Origin: an uncultured Ruminococcus sp.
GTDB lineage: Bacteria; Bacillota; Clostridia; Oscillospirales; CAG-272
Reading direction: 5' to 3'
Assembly (NCBI GenBank): GCA_964593825.1
Contig: CAZQII010000001.1
Span: 15,687 to 70,619, forward strand
DNA length: 54,933 nt
Position numbers and translations under genes: made by a program. Of this stretch, positions 10,596-20,920 are shown piece by piece; the first letter of the stretch is position 1, and each line of letters begins with the position of its first letter. The notes under the pieces are model-generated. The model saw nothing but the letters and a program-made list of their open reading frames with translations, searched no databases and had not been told where the DNA came from.

Positions 10596-11975
10596 ATGGA
10601 AGCTAACAGTACATTGATAAAGCAAATGCCCGTTTCCGTCGAGGCGGAGCAGGCGTTGCTCGGCTCTATTATAATAAAGCCGGACGCCTTCGATCAGATC
10701 GGCGGCATGATCACGGTCGATGATTTTTATCTTGACGAGCACAAGCGGATATATTCCGCATTCGTAAGCATGTATACGCAGAGCAAGATGATCGACCCCG
10801 TCACGCTGGTAAATGCTCTGGTCGAGCACGGTGACAGAGACGAGAGCGGCGGAATACAGTACATTACCTTGCTCGCCGAATCCGTGCCCGCCGTATCGAA
10901 TATAAAGGACTATGCTCATATAGTAAAAGAAAAGTCAACATTGCGCAGGCTCATCAACGTATGTGATGAAATATCCAAGGACGCGTACGACGAGGCATCC
11001 GAGGTGCGCAATATAGTTGACAGCGCGGAGCAAAGGATATTCGATATTTCGCATGGCAGCGACACAAAGGAGTTCCGCCATATAAGAGATGTCCTTCAGA
11101 ATGTTTATAAGGACATCGAGCTCCGCTCCGCGGAAAAGGGCGAATCCTCCGAGACGAAGACGGGATTCTCCGGCCTCGACCAAAAGCTTATAAAGATGGG
11201 CAAGGGCGATCTGATAATCGTCGGAGCGCGCCCCGGTATGGGAAAGACATCGTTTGCCCTTAATATAGCGACAAATGTCGCAAAGGCAACGAAGAAGGGC
11301 GTTGCGATCTTCTCCTTGGAGATGTCTGGCGAGCAGCTCGTTTCGAGAATAATTTCGAGCGAGGCGATGATCGATTCCAAGACCCTCGCGACGGGAAATT
11401 TGCGTCCGGAGGATTGGGACAACATCGCGGATGTCGCAAGCTCGCTCTCGGGCTGTGAAATATATATTGACGACACCTCAGCGATAACAAGCACCGAGAT
11501 GAAATCGAAGCTCAGACGCATTCCGAATCTCGGATTGGCGGTGATCGACTACATCGGTCTTATGCAATCGACCTCCAACAGCGATAACAGGGCTCAGCAG
11601 GTCGGAGAAATATCGCGAAATCTGAAAATAATGGCGAAGGATTTCGGCATTCCGATCATATGCTGCGCTCAGCTTAACAGAGGTACCGAATCGCGCCCGA
11701 GCGGATCCGGGGGCGGTAAGCGTCCGACGCTTGCCGATCTCAGAGATTCCGGATCGATAGAGCAGGATGCCGATGTCGTTCTTTTCCTTTACAGAGAAGA
11801 ATATTACAAGGATATCTCCGGTGCGAGCGATGACGGTGCGGCCGACAGCGCGAATACGGCCGAGGTCATAATCGCAAAGAACAGACACGGCGAGGTGGGA
11901 AATGTCAAGATGGGCTGGATCGGAAAATTCACGAAGTTCAGAACTCTTGAGTCCGATATGATATCAAATGCATAA
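10596..11975 (+). CDS. dnaB: Replicative DNA helicase DnaB (DnaC of B. subtilis)
   Basis: 459 aa. Contains PVSVEAEQALLGSII, Walker A GARPGMGKTSFALN and SLEMS, with RecA-like C-terminal motifs. Confidence 0.95.
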   Translation: MEANSTLIKQMPVSVEAEQALLGSIIIKPDAFDQIGGMITVDDFYLDEHKRIYSAFVSMYTQSKMIDPVTLVNALVEHGDRDESGGIQYITLLAESVPAVSNIKDYAHIVKEKSTLRRLINVCDEISKDAYDEASEVRNIVDSAEQRIFDISHGSDTKEFRHIRDVLQNVYKDIELRSAEKGESSETKTGFSGLDQKLIKMGKGDLIIVGARPGMGKTSFALNIATNVAKATKKGVAIFSLEMSGEQLVSRIISSEAMIDSKTLATGNLRPEDWDNIADVASSLSGCEIYIDDTSAITSTEMKSKLRRIPNLGLAVIDYIGLMQSTSNSDNRAQQVGEISRNLKIMAKDFGIPIICCAQLNRGTESRPSGSGGGKRPTLADLRDSGSIEQDADVVLFLYREEYYKDISGASDDGAADSANTAEVIIAKNRHGEVGNVKMGWIGKFTKFRTLESDMISNA

Positions 11976-13440
11976 TATTTCAGAAGAACTGTTTTCCTCT
12001 TCTCTCGGAAAAAGTATATATGAGGATATAAAGCGCGCGATCGCGGACTTTTCCATGGATGCTCGGATTTTGCGCGGGGTGCTCGTCGGATTTTCCGGCG
12101 GACCGGATTCGCTCATGCTCCTTTTGTTCCTTTTAAAGTACAGAGCGGAGCGCGGATATTTTCCGATCGTCGCCGTTCATGTGAATCATATGATAAGGGG
12201 CGAGGAGGCGGACTGTGACGAGCACTTTTCAAGGGAGCTCTGCGATGGGTTGAATGTCGAATTCATCGCACGTAGCGCGGATGTTCCGACCCTTGCAAGG
12301 GAGAGCGGCAGATCGATAGAGGAAGCTGCAAGAAATGCCAGATATTCGATTTTTAAAGATATAATCGACAGCAGAACAGAAAAGCTTACTCTTGCCGTCG
12401 CGCACAACGCGGACGATAATTTCGAGACGGTCATAATAAATATGATGCGCGGCGCAGGCTCGCGGGGAATGTCCGGCATCCCTCCGTGCAGGGACGGATT
12501 GATCCGTCCTCTCATTTACGTAAAAAAGGCGGATATTATAAGGGCGCTTTCCGAGGCGAATATCGCTTTTGCCTGCGACAGCACGAACGAAACGGATGAT
12601 TACACGCGAAATTACATCAGGCATAATATATTGCCGCTCCTTTCGCAGCATTTTGCAGGGGCCTATTCCTCGGTTGAGAAGATGTGCGGTAATCTGCGCG
12701 ACGATGACGAATGCCTGAGCGGTGAGGCAATGCGGTTTTACGGTAAGTATAAAAACGGCGGCATACCTTGTGCCGAGCTTCGGAGCCTTCACATATCGCT
12801 CCTTTTTCGCATTTTGAAGCTGTATTTTCTTGAGCTCTCCGACTCGTGCCTGCTTGAACGGGTGCATGTTTCGGCAATACGCGGCTGTCTTGACGGCGGC
12901 GGTGATTTTTCATTGGATCTGCCCGGCAAAATCAGCTTTGTCTGCAAGGAAGGGCTTTGCGGATTTTCAAGGAGCGATGCGCAGTGTGAGGAAGAGGATT
13001 TTCTCTTTCCGATTTCCCTTGGCGAAAATATCATTGCCGATGCGTCATCCGCCGTGCTTCTGTCGGGCGAGGTGCTTGACGATTATTCTTCAAAAGTTTA
13101 CAATATTTCAACACAAGCCGATCTGTCTTCTGCTATAATTAAAGGCGGTTTGTTTATAAGAAATAAGCGTGACGGTGATTCCTGCTTTTGGGGCGGAATG
13201 ACACATAAGCTTAAAAAGCTTTTCAACGACAGAAAGATCCCGAGATCGATGCGCTCGCGCATTCCTGTCCTCTGTGATGAGAAGGGGGTTGTGTGGGTTC
13301 CGGGCTTCGGCGTCAGGGATGACGGCGGCGGTGCGAAGCTATATGCGCGTATCTTAACCGATCGGGACTCCGAAAAGCGTTTTTATTTACCTTCCGATTT
13401 TACTTTTACAAAAAATAAGAAAGGCAATAAGGGTACTTAA
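11968..13440 (+). CDS. tilS: tRNA(Ile)-lysidine synthase TilS
   Basis: 490 aa. PP-loop [12 protein letters not shown] and [10 protein letters not shown]. The start overlaps the dnaB stop by 8 nt and the stop overlaps the ftsH ATG. Confidence 0.9.
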   Translation: MHNISEELFSSSLGKSIYEDIKRAIADFSMDARILRGVLVGFSGGPDSLMLLLFLLKYRAERGYFPIVAVHVNHMIRGEEADCDEHFSRELCDGLNVEFIARSADVPTLARESGRSIEEAARNARYSIFKDIIDSRTEKLTLAVAHNADDNFETVIINMMRGAGSRGMSGIPPCRDGLIRPLIYVKKADIIRALSEANIAFACDSTNETDDYTRNYIRHNILPLLSQHFAGAYSSVEKMCGNLRDDDECLSGEAMRFYGKYKNGGIPCAELRSLHISLLFRILKLYFLELSDSCLLERVHVSAIRGCLDGGGDFSLDLPGKISFVCKEGLCGFSRSDAQCEEEDFLFPISLGENIIADASSAVLLSGEVLDDYSSKVYNISTQADLSSAIIKGGLFIRNKRDGDSCFWGGMTHKLKKLFNDRKIPRSMRSRIPVLCDEKGVVWVPGFGVRDDGGGAKLYARILTDRDSEKRFYLPSDFTFTKNKKGNKGT

Positions 13441-15611
13441 TGAAAGTTAATTTCAAGAGCATCATCATGCTCGTATTATTGGTTGCCGTGGTGATCCTTT
13501 CCGTTTCGGTTTTGACCGGCAACGGTGACAGCGAGGAGAGTTTCGGATACGGTGACCTCGTGGATGCACTTCATGCCGATGCGGTAAAAGAATTCACGGT
13601 AAACGGTGAATCCGTTGCAATCGTGAAGATCTATCCGTATACCAAGGACGGAACCGATTACACCGTTGACAGGACTGCAGCGGCAAAGGAATATGAATTG
13701 CAGGTGGTATACAGCTTCCAGCTCGAGAGAATATGCGACCTTGCCGAGGCAAATCACGTGCTCGGCAGCACGCTCGAGAGCTTTAATATCGAGCCCGCCG
13801 CGCAAACACCGTGGTATGTTTCATACTTGCCGTATATCATAGGCGTCATAATAATCGTCGGCTTCGGCTTCTTCGTTATGAAGAGCGCGTCCGGTGTCGG
13901 CGGAAAAATGAATTCCTTCTCCAAATCAAAGGCAAAGGTAACGGTAGATGAAAAGAATGCCGTAAAGTTTGCCGATGTTGCGGGTGCGGATGAAGAAAAG
14001 GCGGAGCTCGAAGAGGTCGTCGAATTCTTGAAGGATCCCGCAAAATTTGTAAAGCTCGGTGCGCGTATTCCGCGCGGCGTTCTGCTCGTGGGCCCTCCCG
14101 GCACGGGTAAAACATTATTGGCGAAGGCCGTTGCGGGTGAGGCGGGCGTTCCGTTCTTCTCGATCTCTGGCTCCGATTTTGTTGAAATGTATGTCGGCGT
14201 CGGTGCATCCAGAGTGCGTGACCTTTTCGATAATGCGAGGAAGTCTCCCGCCAGCATAATATTCATCGATGAGATTGATGCCGTCGGACGCCACAGAGGT
14301 GCTGGACTCGGCGGCGGACACGATGAGCGCGAGCAAACACTTAACCAGCTCCTCGTTGAAATGGACGGATTCGGCACGAATTCCGGTGTTATAGTCATAG
14401 CGGCGACGAACCGCCCCGATATACTTGACCCGGCATTGCTTCGTCCCGGCCGCTTCGACCGTCAGGTAACTGTTAACTATCCCGATATAAAGGGCAGAGA
14501 AGAGATACTTAAGGTCCACTGCAGAAACAAGCCTCTCGAAGAGACCGTAGACTTAAGAAGGATCGCGCAGACCACCATCGGCTTTACCGGTGCAGAGCTT
14601 GCGAATCTTATGAATGAGGCGGCGCTCCTCGCGGCAAAGAGAAATAAGGCCTTGATCGGAATGAACGACATCGAGGATTCGTACATGAAGCTCATCCTCG
14701 GTCCGCAGAAGAAGAATAAGGTCAGGACAGACGCGGACAACAAGCTCTGCGCGTATCATGAAGCGGGTCACGCCGTGGCTTCCTACTATTGCAAGCACAC
14801 CGACCCTGTCAAGCACATCACGATCATTCCCGCGGGCTCTGCGGGCGGTGTCACCGTGAGTGTTCCGACGGAGGACAGGATGACCACGTCGAGAAATGCG
14901 ATGTTCGACAGAATTATTCTTTCCCTCGGAGGAAGAGCTGCGGAGGAGATCATCCTCGACGATATTTCAACCGGCGCATCAAACGATATTCAGCAGGCTA
15001 CGTCCGTTGCACGCAATATGGTGACGCGCTACGGCATGAGCAAAAAGCTCGGAACGGTCCTCTACGGCTCGGAGCACTCGAACGACGAGGTCTTTCTCGG
15101 CAGAGATTTCTCCTCCGGAAAGAATTATTCCGAAAAGACCGCCGCCGAGATCGATGACGAAATCCGCGAGATCATCGGTGAGGCGTACGAAACCTGTAAG
15201 AATATTCTTAACGAGCATATCGATAAGCTCCATTTCGTGGCACAGTTCCTTCTTAAGAACGAATCGATGGACGATGAGCAGTTTACTCGCGCAATGCAGT
15301 CCGACGATCCCACGATAGAGGAGATCGAAGCGATCGCAGTCGAGAGAAAGCGCAGGAGCGCCGAGGAAAACAAGACCGCTCATGAAAGCAACCTCAAGCG
15401 TGAGGCCGATGAAAAGGCAAAGGCTGAGGAGGCTATGAGGAACCGCGCGGAGGGCACCGGCCTTCTCGGCGACGATTTCTTCTCAAGCGTTTGGGATTCG
15501 GGCAAGATCGTAAACGAAGATCAAAAGGACTCCGCCGACGGCGAGGATCCTCACAGCGACAGCTCGACCGACGAGCCGTCAAGTGACGGATCTGACGGCG
15601 AGAACGGATAA
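13440..15611 (+). CDS. ftsH: ATP-dependent zinc metalloprotease FtsH
   Basis: 723 aa. N-terminal TM, Walker [22 protein letters not shown] region and Zn motif HEAGHA. Long acidic C-terminal tail. Confidence 0.97.
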   Translation: MKVNFKSIIMLVLLVAVVILSVSVLTGNGDSEESFGYGDLVDALHADAVKEFTVNGESVAIVKIYPYTKDGTDYTVDRTAAAKEYELQVVYSFQLERICDLAEANHVLGSTLESFNIEPAAQTPWYVSYLPYIIGVIIIVGFGFFVMKSASGVGGKMNSFSKSKAKVTVDEKNAVKFADVAGADEEKAELEEVVEFLKDPAKFVKLGARIPRGVLLVGPPGTGKTLLAKAVAGEAGVPFFSISGSDFVEMYVGVGASRVRDLFDNARKSPASIIFIDEIDAVGRHRGAGLGGGHDEREQTLNQLLVEMDGFGTNSGVIVIAATNRPDILDPALLRPGRFDRQVTVNYPDIKGREEILKVHCRNKPLEETVDLRRIAQTTIGFTGAELANLMNEAALLAAKRNKALIGMNDIEDSYMKLILGPQKKNKVRTDADNKLCAYHEAGHAVASYYCKHTDPVKHITIIPAGSAGGVTVSVPTEDRMTTSRNAMFDRIILSLGGRAAEEIILDDISTGASNDIQQATSVARNMVTRYGMSKKLGTVLYGSEHSNDEVFLGRDFSSGKNYSEKTAAEIDDEIREIIGEAYETCKNILNEHIDKLHFVAQFLLKNESMDDEQFTRAMQSDDPTIEEIEAIAVERKRRSAEENKTAHESNLKREADEKAKAEEAMRNRAEGTGLLGDDFFSSVWDSGKIVNEDQKDSADGEDPHSDSSTDEPSSDGSDGENG

Positions 15612-15613
15612 AT

Positions 15614-15646
15614 AAAAAAAGCAACGGTGCGCCGTTGCTTTTTTTC
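15614..15646 (+). terminator. Intrinsic terminator of ftsH
   Basis: Hairpin aaaGCAACGGtgcgCCGTTGCttt followed by a T-run. Confidence 0.7.
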
Positions 15647-15668
15647 GTTCATTAATACAAATAAGAAA

Positions 15669-15706
15669 ACTGCCGCAGAATAAATCCTGCGGCAGTACTT
15701 TTTTAA
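15669..15706 (-). terminator. Intrinsic terminator at the end of the decarboxylase operon (hairpin is T-flanked on both strands)
   Basis: ACTGCCGCAG-aataaatc-CTGCGGCAGT, a 10-bp perfect stem with a T-run on the minus-strand 3' side. Confidence 0.6.
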
Positions 15707-15708
15707 AA

Positions 15709-17109
15709 TTAGATCGTGTGAACTCCGTTGCTTACATCGGCATTGGAATCGAGATTGTATTTCTGCTGCTTTCTCCAATCGAAGAACTTGATCGCAACCT
15801 GCTCGAAGAGTGCAAGGGAGAGAAGATCCTCGTCCTGCTCCTGATAGGGAGCGACTCTCTGACGGAGCGAATCGATCTCCGGCGCGATCTTGTCTGCGGG
15901 ACGGTAATCGATGATCTCCTCGTCGCCGATGATCTTGTGCTTGAATTCATCGGAGATCGGTGCGGGGCATCTGCCGTATTCGCCGCGTACAAGGCCCTTG
16001 AATTCCTTCGTAACTCTTGCGTATCTGCCCTCGTTTGCAAAGAGGACGTTGTTCACCGCCTGAGTTCCGACGATCTGCGACGTAGGAGTTACAAGAGGAG
16101 GGAAGCCCGCATCCTGACGTACGTTTGCGACCTCCTCGAGAACCTCGTCGAGCTTATCCGACTTGCCGGCCATCTTAAGCTGGCTGATAAGGTTTGAGAG
16201 CATTCCGCCGGGAACCTGATAGCGAAGAGCGTTTACGTCGACCTTCAGCACCTTGGGATCGATAAGACCGGAGGCGAGGTAATTCTCGCGGATCTTGTTG
16301 AAGTGCTTTGCAACGACGTCAAGCTTTTCAAGCTCGAGACCCGTATCGTACGGAGTTCCCTGAAGCGTTGCGACAAGCGACTCTGTGGGAGTGTGCGACG
16401 TGCCCATTGCAAGAGGGGAAATTGCCGTGTCAACACCGTCAACGCCCGCCTCGATTGCCTTAAGGAGCGTCATCGAAGCAAGTCCTGCGGTGTAGTGCGT
16501 GTGGAGCTGGATCGGAATATCAACGGTGTTTTTGATGGTTTTTACAAGCTGATATGCCTCATAGGGCTTCAACAGACCGGACATATCCTTGATGCATATG
16601 GAGTGCGCACCCATTTCCTCGAGCTGCTTTGCATACTGTGCGAAGCCCTCGTTGGTGTGGAAGGGAGATGTGGTGTAAGAAATAGCCGCCTGTACGTGGC
16701 CGCCCTCCTTGATCGTTGCTTTAATTGCCGTTTCAAGGTTTCTTGCATCGTTGAGCGCGTCGAAGATCCTGATGATGTCGATTCCGTTTGCGATCGACTT
16801 CTGAACGAAGTATTCGACCACGTCGTCCGCATAGTGGCGGTAGCCGAGGATGTTCTGTCCGCGGAAGAGCATCTGCAACTTTGTATTCTTACAGTGATCC
16901 TTGATCTTACGCAATCTGTCCCACGGATCCTCATGAAGAAATCTGAGGCAGGAATCAAACGTTGCGCCGCCCCATGCCTCAAGGGAATAGTAGCCCACCT
17001 TATCCATATCGTCAAGTATGGGGAGCATTTCCTCCGTCGTCATACGCGTTGCAGCAAGAGACTGATGCGCGTCGCGGAGGACTGTTTCTGTAATAAGTAC
17101 TTTTGACAT
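15709..17109 (-). CDS. Oxaloacetate decarboxylase alpha / transcarboxylase 5S-type carboxyltransferase, without a fused biotinyl domain
   Basis: 466 aa. N-terminus ITETVLRDAHQSLAATRM shows the HMGL-like/pyruvate carboxyltransferase signature. No EAMKM motif at the C-terminus. Confidence 0.85.
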   Translation of the reverse strand: MSKVLITETVLRDAHQSLAATRMTTEEMLPILDDMDKVGYYSLEAWGGATFDSCLRFLHEDPWDRLRKIKDHCKNTKLQMLFRGQNILGYRHYADDVVEYFVQKSIANGIDIIRIFDALNDARNLETAIKATIKEGGHVQAAISYTTSPFHTNEGFAQYAKQLEEMGAHSICIKDMSGLLKPYEAYQLVKTIKNTVDIPIQLHTHYTAGLASMTLLKAIEAGVDGVDTAISPLAMGTSHTPTESLVATLQGTPYDTGLELEKLDVVAKHFNKIRENYLASGLIDPKVLKVDVNALRYQVPGGMLSNLISQLKMAGKSDKLDEVLEEVANVRQDAGFPPLVTPTSQIVGTQAVNNVLFANEGRYARVTKEFKGLVRGEYGRCPAPISDEFKHKIIGDEEIIDYRPADKIAPEIDSLRQRVAPYQEQDEDLLSLALFEQVAIKFFDWRKQQKYNLDSNADVSNGVHTI

Positions 17110-17130
17110 TTTACTGTGATCCTTTCTGAA

Positions 17131-18516
17131 TTATCTGAACATTGAGAGGAATACGCCCGCCGTAACGGCAGAGCCTATAACACCCGCAACGTTCGGTCCC
17201 ATCGCGTGCATAAGAAGGAAGTTCGAGGGATCCTCCTTACGTCCGACATCCTGCGAAACTCTCGCCGCCATAGGAACCGCGCTGACTCCGGCAGAGCCGA
17301 TGAGCGGGTTGATCTTTCCGCCTGTGACCTTGCACATGATCTTACCGGTGAGAAGTCCGCCGCAGGTCGAGATCGCGAATGCGCAAAGGCCGAGCGCGAT
17401 AATGTAAAGCGTCTGGGGCTTAAGGAAGTTCTGTGCATTTGCCGTGGCACCGACAGAAACTCCGAGGCATATCGTTACGATATTTATGAGCTCGTTCTGT
17501 GCGGTCTTGGAGAGACGGTCTGCAACGCCCGAAACATTGAAGAGGTTACCGAGCATCAAAAATCCGACGAGCGGAGCCGCATCGGGAACAAGGAGACAAA
17601 CGATGGCGGTTACGACGATCGGGAAAACAACCTTTTCCACCTTCGAGACCTGACGCAGGTTCGTCATCTTTATTTCTCTCTCCTTCTTCGTTGTGAGGAG
17701 CTTCATAAAGGGAGGCTGGATGATGGGAATGAGCGCCATGTAGGAATATGCCGCAATGGCGATAGCGCCGAGCAGCTCGGGTGCCAATTCCTTCGTTACG
17801 AGGATGGCTGTGGGGCCGTCCGCGCCGCCGATTATACCGATCGCACCGGCCTGCGCAGGCGTGAAGCCGAAGAACAGAGCGGCAAAGAATGCCATAAATA
17901 CTCCGAGCTGTGCACCCGCACCCATAAGGAGCGATTTCGGGTTTGCGATAAGGGGAGAAAAGTCCGTCATCGCACCGACACCGAGGAATATAAGCGAGGG
18001 ATAAAGTCCGAGCTTAACTCCGAGATAAAGAATGTCCACAAGCCCGCCGTTGTTGACGACCTCCTTGATCACGGTGGTCATCTTGACATGCATTGCACCG
18101 TCGGTAAAGGTGATGCTGTTCGGCAAATCAAAGGAGGCAAATGCCGCCTTGAGGCTGTCGATGATCGCACTGCCGTTAAACGTAAACGCACCGTCCACAT
18201 AAGTATAGTCGGCGGAGGTAACGCCCGCGGCGTCGAACCACTCCTTGATCTTTTCGGCAAAAATACCGCTTTCGGGGTTCAAATAATAATCGTCAAAGAA
18301 AAAGTCGAGATGAATCAAGTTCGCACCGGGCAAATTGGCAAGAAGCATACCGAAGGCTATCGGCATAAGGAGCAACGGCTCGAACTTCTTGACAATGGCA
18401 AGGTAAAACAGAACGCCGACGATGATGTACATTACGATGTACTGCCACCATTTATCATCGGAGAAGAGCTTTGCCACGCCCGTCGAAGCTAAAAAGTTTT
18501 GAATTGTATCGCCCAT
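17131..18516 (-). CDS. Sodium-ion-translocating decarboxylase beta subunit (OadB/MmdB/GcdB family)
   Basis: 461 aa polytopic membrane protein with family-typical stretches LLMPIAFGMLLANLP, GVGAMTDF and IGSAGVSAVPMAARV. Confidence 0.9.
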   Translation of the reverse strand: MGDTIQNFLASTGVAKLFSDDKWWQYIVMYIIVGVLFYLAIVKKFEPLLLMPIAFGMLLANLPGANLIHLDFFFDDYYLNPESGIFAEKIKEWFDAAGVTSADYTYVDGAFTFNGSAIIDSLKAAFASFDLPNSITFTDGAMHVKMTTVIKEVVNNGGLVDILYLGVKLGLYPSLIFLGVGAMTDFSPLIANPKSLLMGAGAQLGVFMAFFAALFFGFTPAQAGAIGIIGGADGPTAILVTKELAPELLGAIAIAAYSYMALIPIIQPPFMKLLTTKKEREIKMTNLRQVSKVEKVVFPIVVTAIVCLLVPDAAPLVGFLMLGNLFNVSGVADRLSKTAQNELINIVTICLGVSVGATANAQNFLKPQTLYIIALGLCAFAISTCGGLLTGKIMCKVTGGKINPLIGSAGVSAVPMAARVSQDVGRKEDPSNFLLMHAMGPNVAGVIGSAVTAGVFLSMFR

Positions 18517-18545
18517 TTCGATTACCTATACCTTTCGGTCTTCGG

Positions 18546-18908
18546 TCAGTTAAGAGATGCGATAATATCGCCGGCATTTACCGTTGCGCCCTTTTGAACA
18601 CAGACGGAAGCAACCGTTCCGTCGCACGGAGCGGGAATATCGTTTTCCATCTTCATTGCCTCGAGCACGCAGATAACGTCGCCCTTCTTAACGGCCTGAC
18701 CTGCGGTAACCTTAATGTCGAGGATAGTGCCGGGCATGGGAGCCGTCACCGAGTTTGCGCCGGCGGGTGCCGCAGGAGCTGCTGCGGGAGCGGGAGCTGC
18801 GGTCTGTGCGGGTGCTGTATATACGGGAGCCGCGCTCGGAGCCGAGCCTGCCTCTTCAACAACGACCTCATATGTTTTTCCGTTTACGGTAATGTTATAC
18901 TTTTTCAT
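18546..18908 (-). CDS. Biotin carboxyl carrier subunit (1.3S/MmdC/GcdC-like)
   Basis: 120 aa. Ala/Pro linker followed by a biotinyl domain with LEAMKMEN. Confidence 0.9.
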   Translation of the reverse strand: MKKYNITVNGKTYEVVVEEAGSAPSAAPVYTAPAQTAAPAPAAAPAAPAGANSVTAPMPGTILDIKVTAGQAVKKGDVICVLEAMKMENDIPAPCDGTVASVCVQKGATVNAGDIIASLN

Positions 18909-18936
18909 TTCACTTAGTTCCTTTCAAGCATTAAAA

Positions 18937-19272
18937 TTATTTTCTTCTGAAGGAGACGACGCGGAATTTCATTCCGGTGCTTTCCGTTTCCGCTTGCGCT
19001 ATTGCGGCGGCGATCACAGCAACGAGCTCGTCGTCGCTTGAGTCCTGCACGCTCGGCTGAGCGACGGGAGCGACGGGCGCGTCATGCGTTTCTTTCTTCC
19101 TCTTCTCGGGCAGATCGTGCAGGCCGACCTTGAGCAATACAATGCAGAGCCATATGATGACAAGCACCGCAAAAACGGTCACCATTCCTAGTAGGAGTGT
19201 TTGTGCACCGAACGAAAGCGCCTCGAGGGGCTTAAGAGACTTGTTGGGGTCCACAGCAAGTAAGAAATTCAT
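18937..19272 (-). CDS. OadG/MmdD-like small membrane subunit of the Na+-pump decarboxylase
   Basis: 111 aa with a single N-terminal TM helix followed by a charged or Ala-rich tail. The call rests on position between the carboxyltransferase and carrier genes. SD AGGAGGG. Confidence 0.6.
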   Translation of the reverse strand: MNFLLAVDPNKSLKPLEALSFGAQTLLLGMVTVFAVLVIIWLCIVLLKVGLHDLPEKRKKETHDAPVAPVAQPSVQDSSDDELVAVIAAAIAQAETESTGMKFRVVSFRRK

Positions 19273-19287
19273 ACCTTGTCCCTCCTA

Positions 19288-20754
19288 TCAAAGGGGAAGA
19301 ACCTTGCGGCAGGCCTTTGCATAAGACGGATCCTTGCATGAAAGCATGAGAAGCGCAGAGCAGAGTCTCGCACGGAGCTCGTTGGTATCGATGATGTCGT
19401 CGATCTCGCCGCTTGCCGCCGCATTTGCAGGGGATGAAACATTCGCCTTCCAATCGGCGATAAGGTCATCTCTCGTTTTTTCTTCCGTTATATATTTGTC
19501 CCAGGCAAAGGCAACACCGCTGTCGGCGTTCAATGCCGCAATCTCCGCAGTGTCAAGCGAGTATACGAGATCCGCGCCGAGCGCCTTGGAGCCGAGGAGG
19601 ACGAAGGATGCGCCGATCGCGCGACCCATGATAACAGTTACCTTCGGTACTGTAGAGGTTGCATAGGAGAATGCAAGCTTTGCAAGTGCGGGAGCAAAAT
19701 CGGTCTCGTTTTCCTTATCGATTGCAAGTCCCATGGAATCCACGAGAGTTACGACGGGGAGAGAGAACGAATTGCAGAGGTTTACGAATCTTGCGATCTT
19801 CTTTGCCGAGGCTGCGTCGATCTTTCCGTCATCAACGGAGCGCGACGTGGCGATGATACCGCATTTTACGCCGCCGATGGAAGCAAATGCGGTAGTAACT
19901 GCGCTTGCGAACTTCGCGCCGACCTCATAATAGATGCCGTTGTCCGCTATTACGGAAACTGCGGCGGTGGCGTCACCGGTGAGATCAACGTCGCCGAGCT
20001 TCCTGCCGAGATTGTCGGGGCAGTCGACAACGGTTATTCCGACAGAGGAATTCATGGGGAGGAACGATATAAGGCCTCTTATGTAAGCGGCGCAGCTCGA
20101 TGTCTCGCCCGTGAATGCCACGATGGAATTCTGCGCGCCCTGTGCACCGGTAAGCTCCGGAGATGTAACGTAGAGCTGAGCTCCGTCGGCAACGACCGTG
20201 AAATCAAACATAGATGCGATCGCGGCAGATGTGCCGATGCACTTGCCGGCAACAAATGCGATCTGAGGAACAACGCCGGATGCCGAGCTTACCGCAGACA
20301 TGATCTTACCGTAAGCGGCGAGAGCGGATGTTCCCGCAAAAATATCCGTACCGTTGGAATTGAAGATACCGATGACAGGTGCGCCGTTGCCGATGGCAAG
20401 AGCGTAAAGATCCGCGATCTTCTTCGCGTGGCGCTCATCGATGGAGCCGCCGATCCTCGAGGCATCCTCGGCAAAGGCAAAGACGAGCTTACCGTCAATT
20501 GCACCGTAGCCTGTTATGACGCTCTCAAATTCATTCGATTTCTCCGTTGCCAAGAATTCGGAGAAGCCGCGCTTTGTGTATGCGCTTGTTTCGACAAAGG
20601 TGTTTTCATCGAACAGAAGAGCGATCTGCGCTCTAACGTCCGCACCTTCGCTTTCGGCAAGTGCCGCGCGGAGTTCTGCCGCTCCGGGAAGCGAGCAGAT
20701 TTGTGGTTTTGTGTATTTGTCCAAAACGAATTCCCGATTTGCTTTTTTCAGCAA
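19288..20754 (-). CDS. Acyl-CoA carboxyltransferase (12S/MmdA/GcdA-like), divergent
   Basis: 488 aa with a TTG start. Two-domain crotonase-like layout (VITGYGAIDGKLVFAFAED ... ASAKKIARFVNLCNSFSLPVVTLVDSMG), but the canonical GGARIQEG and GPCAGGAVYSPA motifs are replaced. Confidence 0.8.
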   Translation of the reverse strand: MLKKANREFVLDKYTKPQICSLPGAAELRAALAESEGADVRAQIALLFDENTFVETSAYTKRGFSEFLATEKSNEFESVITGYGAIDGKLVFAFAEDASRIGGSIDERHAKKIADLYALAIGNGAPVIGIFNSNGTDIFAGTSALAAYGKIMSAVSSASGVVPQIAFVAGKCIGTSAAIASMFDFTVVADGAQLYVTSPELTGAQGAQNSIVAFTGETSSCAAYIRGLISFLPMNSSVGITVVDCPDNLGRKLGDVDLTGDATAAVSVIADNGIYYEVGAKFASAVTTAFASIGGVKCGIIATSRSVDDGKIDAASAKKIARFVNLCNSFSLPVVTLVDSMGLAIDKENETDFAPALAKLAFSYATSTVPKVTVIMGRAIGASFVLLGSKALGADLVYSLDTAEIAALNADSGVAFAWDKYITEEKTRDDLIADWKANVSSPANAAASGEIDDIIDTNELRARLCSALLMLSCKDPSYAKACRKVLPL

Positions 20755-20832
20755 ATCTCTCCTTCCTAAAAAATAACAATTTTCGGCTCCTTATGAGCAA
20801 AAAATGCAATTTGCCCAAAAATCACCTAATAT

Positions 20833-20861
20833 ACTATACCACCAAATTAAAAATAAGTCAA
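20833..20861 (-). promoter_or_regulatory. Sigma-A promoter TTGACT-N17-TATAGT for the decarboxylase operon
   Basis: Reverse complement reads cTTGACTtatttttaatttggtggTATAGTat. About 72-nt leader to the TTG start. Confidence 0.55.
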
Positions 20862-20869
20862 GAGATTTT

Positions 20870-20913
20870 ATAAAAATAAAGCATTTCGGGCGGAAAATAA
20901 ACGCCGAAATGCC
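20870..20913 (-). terminator. Intrinsic terminator after the XRE/TPR regulator gene
   Basis: On the minus strand: GCATTTCGGCG-tttattttc-CGCCCGAAATGC (one bulge) followed by TTTATTTTTAT. Confidence 0.55.
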
Positions 20914-20920
20914 TTTAAAT

